Origin: a virus
Taxonomy: Duplodnaviria; Caudoviricetes
Length of the DNA stretch: 26,835 bases
IMG/VR virus record: IMGVR_UViG_3300005077_000096
Coordinates: 1 to 26,835 of that record
Direction: 5' to 3' (one strand)
Shown here: positions 21,986-26,835 of the stretch, piece after piece
How the letters are laid out: each line of letters starts with the position of its first letter
Position numbering within the stretch: the first letter of the stretch is position 1
Notes under the pieces: model-generated
What the model saw: the letters and a program-made list of their open reading frames with translations, nothing else
The model's database searches: none
Told to the model about the DNA's origin: nothing
Translations under genes and position numbers: made by a program

Positions 21986-24004
21986 TTAGTTTTTAGCCAA
22001 ACCGTAGCGTTTGTGCACGCCGCCGTCTGCCGAGAGTGGTATTCCCGGCATGTACGTTGGTTCCTTTGTCATCTGGTCGATGACCCAAGGCAGTGCATCA
22101 TTCGCCTCACTTTCTGGTGCGATACAGATCTGTTCATCATGTACCGTACCTGCCACAAAGTACTTTTTAGAAGTACGTAGCATCCCGTCTGTCATCACAA
22201 TGCGCGCTGTGCCTTGTGTGACGTTGTTGGCAACCCTGCCAGCATAGAGCTTTTCACGCCCTTTATCGCCAGCAAAGTCCCATTGTACTCTCCCTTCTTC
22301 ATTTTTGGAACGCTTTAAATCTGGGTATAGAAGGCTCATGCCATTAGGCAGAACAATCTCTTCCTTACGGAACACCAGACACTTGTGCGTGTACTCTTTG
22401 CCACCATAGAGGCTGTACTCGATGAGCTCCTGCAAGAGACTCCAAAACGCCTGCACGGGGGCGGCAGTTGAGCGGTATTTGTCGATGATGGCCTTTGACG
22501 CTAGGCAGTGAATCAACAGCTCCTCGTCTGTGCAAGTGTGCGGTATCTCCACCATGCGATCCATATAACGGTCGTTATCAAGAAAGTCACGCACCTGCTT
22601 GGCAGTCACGCCCAGCTTCTTAGCGTCGTTCATTGTGTAGCGTAGGGGCGGTGCGCCCAGAAACCCTGTCAACAACTGCGCGGCAAAGGAACCCCACCCC
22701 AACTGGTAACCTGCACCAAGCAAAGCAGACTTTGCAGACTGGCGTTCAACTGGGTGGCTGTCTTTTGTCATGCCGGGTAAGTTAAACATCTGTGCGCCAA
22801 ACGCAGCGTATGGATCACCGCCTGCTCTGAAGATGTCAAGCATCTCGTCGTAATCCGCCAGCCATGCAAGCACACGCGGTTCGATCTGAGACAAGTCACC
22901 CACCACCAGCACGTGGCCATCTGGAGCCATGATTGCCTTGCGCAAGAAAGACCCACGCTTTAAGTTCTGCATGTTGATTGCAGAACCCTTTGCCGCCGTC
23001 CATCGTCCAGACCTAGCGCCGTAGTATGAGAGTGGGACAGGCAGTGTGCCGCGTGTGGCAATGTCGAGGAACCGCTGTGCACGTGTACGCTCTGAGGTTG
23101 ACTTCACTTTCATGCGTGCTTCGCACAATAGCGCCACGTCCTCGTTGTCACCATTAAGCATCGCTTGGAATAGCGCATCGTTCTTGGCAAACGCAAACGC
23201 CACACCTTCTGGGTTAGGCGTTTTCTTTGTAGGCTTCTTTTTCTTTGTCGGCGGTTCAACCCCCATGTCTCGTAGCACCTGTGCGAAGTGGTCGTTACTG
23301 GCCAGCATCCCATCGGTTACCTTGAGGCGAGCAAGCAGTCCTTCACGCTGTTCACGCTCTTTCACAATCGCATTGGCCAGCATGTCACTGTCAAGCACTA
23401 GCTGAGGGAACACAAACATCTTGAGCGTGAGGTCAACCAGCCGCAGTTCGCTAACAGGGTAGTCAGGAAGCAGACGTTTGAATATTTCAACGCACAGCCA
23501 TGTGTCGTGCTTACAGTACAGAGCGATCTGTTCTTCAACTTGAGGATGTAGCGCGTCAAGCACACCGTCAGTTAAACGCAGCTCGTTGCCCTTTGGAGGC
23601 AGGTTAAAGTCGTTGGCAAGTTGCTCAAGGCTGTTCTTCACAGCCAGCCCACGCTTGGCTCGAGCCATTGAGAGCGTATCAAATATGAAGGCTGGTTTGG
23701 CGTTGTAGTGCCAGCTCAGTATCGCACCGTCAAACATTGCGTTTTGTGCAAGGATCGCTGTGCGACTCCAGTCAATGCTGTCAACCCATTCTTGTACGTC
23801 TGCACCACTAACCCATTGTGGTCCGCCGGTGTTCTCTGTGCGTAGCGCATCATCAAGACGCAGCTCTTCCCAACTCAAGCCCCATGCTTTGAAGCGTGTG
23901 TCACGTATATAGCTTTCTGTGGTCAGCTTGCGTAGTGTGTATTCTTTTGAGCAGTAGGCAGTTTCAAAGTCAACGGCGAGTATTCTGTCAAACGGGGCGC
24001 TCAT
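21986..24004 (-). CDS. polA: Family A DNA polymerase with 3'-5' exonuclease, 672 aa
   Basis: Exo I LAVDFET, Exo II QNAMFD, Exo III YCKHD. GARSGRWT, NMQNL, motif A GDLSQIEPRVLA, motif B RQSAKSALLGAGYQ, motif C TVHDE. Confidence 0.95.
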   Translation of the reverse strand: MSAPFDRILAVDFETAYCSKEYTLRKLTTESYIRDTRFKAWGLSWEELRLDDALRTENTGGPQWVSGADVQEWVDSIDWSRTAILAQNAMFDGAILSWHYNAKPAFIFDTLSMARAKRGLAVKNSLEQLANDFNLPPKGNELRLTDGVLDALHPQVEEQIALYCKHDTWLCVEIFKRLLPDYPVSELRLVDLTLKMFVFPQLVLDSDMLANAIVKEREQREGLLARLKVTDGMLASNDHFAQVLRDMGVEPPTKKKKPTKKTPNPEGVAFAFAKNDALFQAMLNGDNEDVALLCEARMKVKSTSERTRAQRFLDIATRGTLPVPLSYYGARSGRWTAAKGSAINMQNLKRGSFLRKAIMAPDGHVLVVGDLSQIEPRVLAWLADYDEMLDIFRAGGDPYAAFGAQMFNLPGMTKDSHPVERQSAKSALLGAGYQLGWGSFAAQLLTGFLGAPPLRYTMNDAKKLGVTAKQVRDFLDNDRYMDRMVEIPHTCTDEELLIHCLASKAIIDKYRSTAAPVQAFWSLLQELIEYSLYGGKEYTHKCLVFRKEEIVLPNGMSLLYPDLKRSKNEEGRVQWDFAGDKGREKLYAGRVANNVTQGTARIVMTDGMLRTSKKYFVAGTVHDEQICIAPESEANDALPWVIDQMTKEPTYMPGIPLSADGGVHKRYGLAKN

Positions 24005-24306
24005 TGCAGTGTGTCCGATGATGGCGCCATCATTACGTCTGCGTCTTCCATCTGCGCTTCTTCCATCAACGACTCAGCCAACTCTGCGGCCATGCTGTAA
24101 AGATCCGCCACGTCCATCTTGTATGCGTGAACAGAGATCCTGCCTTCAGTTTCAACCAGCAACGCAACGCTCATACCGTCAACAATTGCAGCCATGGAAG
24201 CCAACTGCATGCGGGCAAGCAGTGTGCGTGTCTCTTCATCCATCTGTTCTACACGCTCGATGAGGGCTTTTGCAACAGCCCGTTCAGCATCACTTAAATT
24301 TGTCAT
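24001..24306 (-). CDS. Hypothetical protein, 101 aa
   Basis: GGAG RBS. ATGA overlap with the polA start. Fits the tightly packed operon. Confidence 0.7.
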   Translation of the reverse strand: MTNLSDAERAVAKALIERVEQMDEETRTLLARMQLASMAAIVDGMSVALLVETEGRISVHAYKMDVADLYSMAAELAESLMEEAQMEDADVMMAPSSDTLQ

Positions 24307-24595
24307 TTGCTTTCTCCAAAGTTTCGGTTACTTCGTGGATGTTTTGTTCATTGATAACTAACGCCACGCCGCCGCTATCTATGATTTTCTTGATGTTCAT
24401 TTCTTGCAGTGCAGTTGGCTTGTTCTTACCCGCCTTGCACTCAAAGGCAAAGAAGCTACCTTTGTAGCAACACACAATGTCAGGAACGCCGCTCGCACCG
24501 AAGCCTCCCGTAACCGGGTAGAAATAGTATGCGCCGTATGACTTCAGGATGTCTACAACTTTTTTCTTGACTTTCGATTCAGGCGTTGAGGCCAT
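24290..24595 (-). CDS. VRR-NUC domain nuclease (Holliday-junction resolvase-like), 101 aa
   Basis: TPESKVK...GVPDIVCC..G.FFAFECKAGKNKPTALQ...GGVALVINE is the VRR-NUC PD-(D/E)xK signature. AAGGA RBS. Confidence 0.9.
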   Translation of the reverse strand: MASTPESKVKKKVVDILKSYGAYYFYPVTGGFGASGVPDIVCCYKGSFFAFECKAGKNKPTALQEMNIKKIIDSGGVALVINEQNIHEVTETLEKANDKFK

Positions 24596-24610
24596 GTGTA
24601 TTCCTTGTGT

Positions 24611-24760
24611 TAGAGGTGGGGGGATATGCAGATTCCATGCCCCCCGTCATGGCCTGAAAGGTGTGCAAGTGGGTTAAACATCCTGACCGCCCCCACCTGC
24701 ACCGCACAAAGTTTCACATCTGCAAGGCTTAACAGTGTGCGGAATCATGGGCGGTCAAAT
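24611..24760 (-). ncRNA. Candidate structured non-coding element (multi-stem, pseudoknotted / switch-like RNA, or DNA origin)
   Basis: The longest non-coding gap in the window. Contains at least 7 complementary segment pairs of 5-9 bp (see findings). One helix is continuous only on the minus strand, via a G-U pair. Confidence 0.65.
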
Positions 24761-24943
24761 GACTGTGTTGAGTTTCTGTTCAGCCGTACGGACTGCCGCA
24801 ATCAGTACGTCTAGTTCTTTTGTATCTTGTGTCATTGTGTTGACGCGCAGATTCAGCGCGATGTCATCTAGGCTCTCCATCACGAACACGCTGTTACCGT
24901 ATTCATCGCGGGCTTCGATAGCGGTTATATGCAGTTGAATCAT
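24755..24943 (-). CDS. Hypothetical protein, 62 aa
   Basis: Start re-assigned to ATG 24943 (MIQLHITAIEAR...), with GAGGAG RBS and ATGA overlap with the DUF3310 stop. Confidence 0.7.
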   Translation of the reverse strand: MIQLHITAIEARDEYGNSVFVMESLDDIALNLRVNTMTQDTKELDVLIAAVRTAEQKLNTVI

Positions 24944-25170
24944 TGCCAAACTCCTCGCTCGATTTCTTTCAGCTTCTGCATGTAGTGCAGGCACTTCTCA
25001 GCGTCGGGGCTGTCTTTCTTGCCTTGGCGCATGCTGTACTTGATGATGTTACCTTTGAGGTAGCCAACAAACTCTTCGTGTGTCAGTACGGCTTGCATCA
25101 CGTGCCATGGTTGCACGTCCATTGTTTTGTAATGGTCACCGCCGTATTGCAATGCGTCTGCATTACTCAT
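24940..25170 (-). CDS. DUF3310 / SaV-like protein (T7 gp1.7-type nucleotide kinase family), 76 aa
   Basis: QYGGDHYK..VQPW...EFVGYLKGNIIKYSMRQGKK..D.EKC.HY signature. Confidence 0.85.
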   Translation of the reverse strand: MSNADALQYGGDHYKTMDVQPWHVMQAVLTHEEFVGYLKGNIIKYSMRQGKKDSPDAEKCLHYMQKLKEIERGVWQ

Positions 25171-25388
25171 TTCGCATCCTTTCGGTAAACAAGTTGACTG
25201 CCCATACGTGACGGGAGCTTGAGGTTGTCGTTGGCGCCGGGCCTGCCTTGATAGGGCTTCAATTCGTCCCCTTTATACAGATCGCGTGTCATCATGTCGA
25301 TCTTGCGCTTGGCGGGCATCTCGAGTTCGTGTCGAGTAACTACCGCTTTAGTTGTGAACGGCGCGGGTGGGATGGTGAATGTGCTCAT
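25167..25388 (-). CDS. Hypothetical phage protein, 73 aa
   Basis: ATGA overlap with the downstream gene. Contains YKGDEL...RPGAND..LPSRMG..LVYR, a pattern I recall from small proteobacterial phage proteins. Confidence 0.7.
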   Translation of the reverse strand: MSTFTIPPAPFTTKAVVTRHELEMPAKRKIDMMTRDLYKGDELKPYQGRPGANDNLKLPSRMGSQLVYRKDAK

Positions 25389-25548
25389 TGTTTATCAGTT
25401 GGTTAAGTTGTTGCAGGCTATAAACGGCCATGGTTTTGTCGTCATACAGGATGTGTATCAGACCAGTCTTTTCGATAGTCGTCACCGTCCCTGTCGGGCA
25501 ATCCTCGTCGTTCGTCTTTATTCTTTGGCCTATTGCGGGGTAGTCCAT
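25348..25548 (-). CDS. Hypothetical protein, ~66 aa, possible SH3/Tudor-like beta barrel
   Basis: IGQRIKT....TGTVTTIE..GLIHILYDD pattern. AAGGA upstream of ATG 25548. Confidence 0.55.
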   Translation of the reverse strand: MDYPAIGQRIKTNDEDCPTGTVTTIEKTGLIHILYDDKTMAVYSLQQLNQLINNEHIHHPTRAVHN

Positions 25549-26023
25549 CAATGCGTTTTCCTTTTATCCAACGGCGATCAGGCCGAGGGCAATCTTCTGG
25601 CACTTCGACCGCGCACCATACGGCGCTCCACTGCGCTTGAGGTTTTGTTTGAATCCATCGGTCAACGTAGGTGTCAGGCATCGCACGTAGTGTGATGTGT
25701 AGGTGTTTTACTTCTCGTTCCATCAACTCAGCGAGTTGTTTGATTGTCAACCCATCTGGGTTTTCTCTGAGTATTCTACGCACCTCTGGGTGTGTACTTT
25801 TGATCCCCATCTGCTTCTCTCTTTCTATTTGTTGTTCGCCCTTGGCCTCCCGCAGTTTGCTGGCCCATTGCTGGTTACAAAAGCGGGAGACGTGACACGC
25901 GGCGGCTTTGGTCAGCATGTAGATCAGGTGGTCATCTGGCCCACGTCTCTCTTCCAAGCCAGCGGCAAACCCCCGCATGCGATGTGCGTGCGTGTAGTAC
26001 TGAAGTTTTGTTGCGTCGATCAT
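25442..26023 (-). CDS. 193-aa ORF whose core (from ATG 25810) is a winged-HTH-like phage protein; probably two genes read in one frame
   Basis: Core EVRRILRENPDGLTIKQLAELM...MPDTYVDRW...AVWCAVEVPEDCPRP. ATG 26023 has an ATGA overlap with the upstream stop; the internal ATG 25810 has a purine-rich leader. Confidence 0.6.
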   Translation of the reverse strand: MIDATKLQYYTHAHRMRGFAAGLEERRGPDDHLIYMLTKAAACHVSRFCNQQWASKLREAKGEQQIEREKQMGIKSTHPEVRRILRENPDGLTIKQLAELMEREVKHLHITLRAMPDTYVDRWIQTKPQAQWSAVWCAVEVPEDCPRPDRRWIKGKRIDGLPRNRPKNKDERRGLPDRDGDDYRKDWSDTHPV

Positions 26024-26298
26024 GTGTTTTTCTCACGTAGTTTGGCTTCGATGTTCTTCCAAGTTTGCACTGCGTTGGTTGTCCAACACTCTGCCACTTC
26101 CTCCTCTGTCAGCCCAACCCATTCACGCTTCGGTGGTGCGGTGTAGAAGGCAACGCCTTGTGTGCTCTCTTTGTTTTGTACCCACGCATCCAGTCTTATG
26201 TCGTATCTGAAGTACCCATAAGGCGCACACTTTGGTGCTTTAGCAGCTTCGTCACAGATACAGATCGTGTTGCCACATTGTTCACAATAGCCACTCAT
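26020..26298 (-). CDS. Hypothetical phage protein, 92 aa, with N-terminal CxxC-x4-CxC and C-terminal YTAPPKREWVGLT...IEAKLREKN module
   Basis: GAGG RBS and ATGA overlaps at both ends. The C-terminal module is a common shuffled element in phage early regions. Confidence 0.75.
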   Translation of the reverse strand: MSGYCEQCGNTICICDEAAKAPKCAPYGYFRYDIRLDAWVQNKESTQGVAFYTAPPKREWVGLTEEEVAECWTTNAVQTWKNIEAKLREKNT

Positions 26299-26525
26299 GT
26301 GTTTTCCTCAGCGATTTTGCGTGCTGCAAAGTGCCAATAATTGTTATTGTGCTGCTGAGATTTGTGCATTTCCATGAACTTATCGTGCAGTCGATCACGT
26401 TCTGCCTTCATCCCAGTCTTGTAAGCTGATCGAAGTGCCCATGTCCACTGCTCACGATCGGTCTCGTCCATACTGTCTATCTCGGCAGGCAACGGGTAGG
26501 TTATGAACCACTCGTCAAAGGTCAT
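26295..26525 (-). CDS. Hypothetical protein, 76 aa
   Basis: GGAGG RBS and ATGA overlaps at both ends. MTFDEWF start; C-terminal NYWHFAA motif. Confidence 0.75.
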   Translation of the reverse strand: MTFDEWFITYPLPAEIDSMDETDREQWTWALRSAYKTGMKAERDRLHDKFMEMHKSQQHNNNYWHFAARKIAEENT

Positions 26526-26740
26526 TTGCTCACCTCCGTAACCGCTGTAATTGCCTTGGCGATCAGCTCACTGATCTCATCCCACTCCTCAAGAGTGAAT
26601 AGGGTCATGTGCCAGTCACCGATCTGCACCTCGTCATGCGTAGCACCAAGCCCTTTGTCTGGGGCGGATACCGTGGTAACAAACAGGTCATCGTCCATGT
26701 AGATGGAGACTTCTGTTACTTGTGCTTTAAATCTGCTCAT
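26522..26740 (-). CDS. Hypothetical acidic protein, 72 aa
   Basis: Start re-assigned to ATG 26740 (MSRFKAQVTEV...), giving an ATGA overlap with the upstream partial gene. Confidence 0.65.
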   Translation of the reverse strand: MSRFKAQVTEVSIYMDDDLFVTTVSAPDKGLGATHDEVQIGDWHMTLFTLEEWDEISELIAKAITAVTEVSK

Positions 26741-26835
26741 GTGTCGCTCGCTACTTCTGCTTGGATTAAATTTGCCGCAACGTGCCAATAGTTGTGACTG
26801 CCTTTAGCCATCTCGTGCTGGATCATCAACAAGTT
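26737..26835 (-). CDS. C-terminal fragment of a hypothetical protein (truncated by window edge)
   Basis: Manual translation: ...NLLMIQHEMAKGSHNYWHVAANLIQAEVASDT*. Stop overlaps ATG 26740. Shares the NYWHxAA motif with 26295-26525. Confidence 0.65.
   Translation of the reverse strand, partial: NLLMIQHEMAKGSHNYWHVAANLIQAEVASDT

Noticed and set aside
23215-23250. A-rich run in polA (KKKKPTKK) as a frameshift site
   Set aside because: The reading frame is intact with all polymerase motifs; it is just a Lys-rich loop.
24611-24760. Assignment of the structured element to hammerhead, HDV-like, twister ribozyme or tRNA
   Set aside because: GUGAAAC is present but there is no CUGAnGA core. No T-loop/cloverleaf. 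I could not map the helices onto HDV or twister topology by eye, so it is left unassigned.
24626-24938. Two short + strand ORFs over the structured gap
   Set aside because: Wrong strand for this operon, non-ATG/weak starts and no RBS. The self-complementarity explains the region better.

Overview
A 26.8-kb piece of a tailed dsDNA bacteriophage genome, most likely a podovirus-type phage of a Proteobacterium (host is inference only). There are two convergent blocks. The + strand (1-13852) is the end of the virion module, in a P22-like order: C-terminus of a gp10-like tail/stabilisation protein, a tail-associated protein, a 723-aa low-complexity protein, a GNAT-like gp14-position protein, two ejection/DNA-transfer-type proteins, and a 2308-aa polyvalent protein with an HExxxH zincin motif and an LPD38-like C-terminus. 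The - strand (13843-26835) is the replication/early module: AEP primase-DUF927-helicase fusion, XRE HTH, Cys-rich SSB-like protein, Gam-like protein, SNF2 helicase, small HNH, Cas4/RecB-like nuclease, HExxH protein, family A DNA polymerase (Leu762 type), VRR-NUC, DUF3310 and small hypotheticals. I found two small genes and one partial gene missing from the ORF track. The most notable signals are (1) a ~150-nt densely self-complementary, multi-pseudoknot/switch-like non-coding element at 24611-24760 just upstream of the VRR-NUC/polA genes, (2) an [FLM]-[AK]-x-G-G-x-[IVL] motif shared by three virion proteins, together with a tape-measure-like 'SDSIPA..GEFV' domain (candidate processing/targeting system), (3) several beta-clamp-like QxxLF motifs in the giant protein, and (4) a sigma70 promoter with a palindromic operator-like site next to its -10 box. 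No tRNA, CRISPR array, integrase or lysis gene was seen. All family assignments come from motif recognition by eye; no database search was run.
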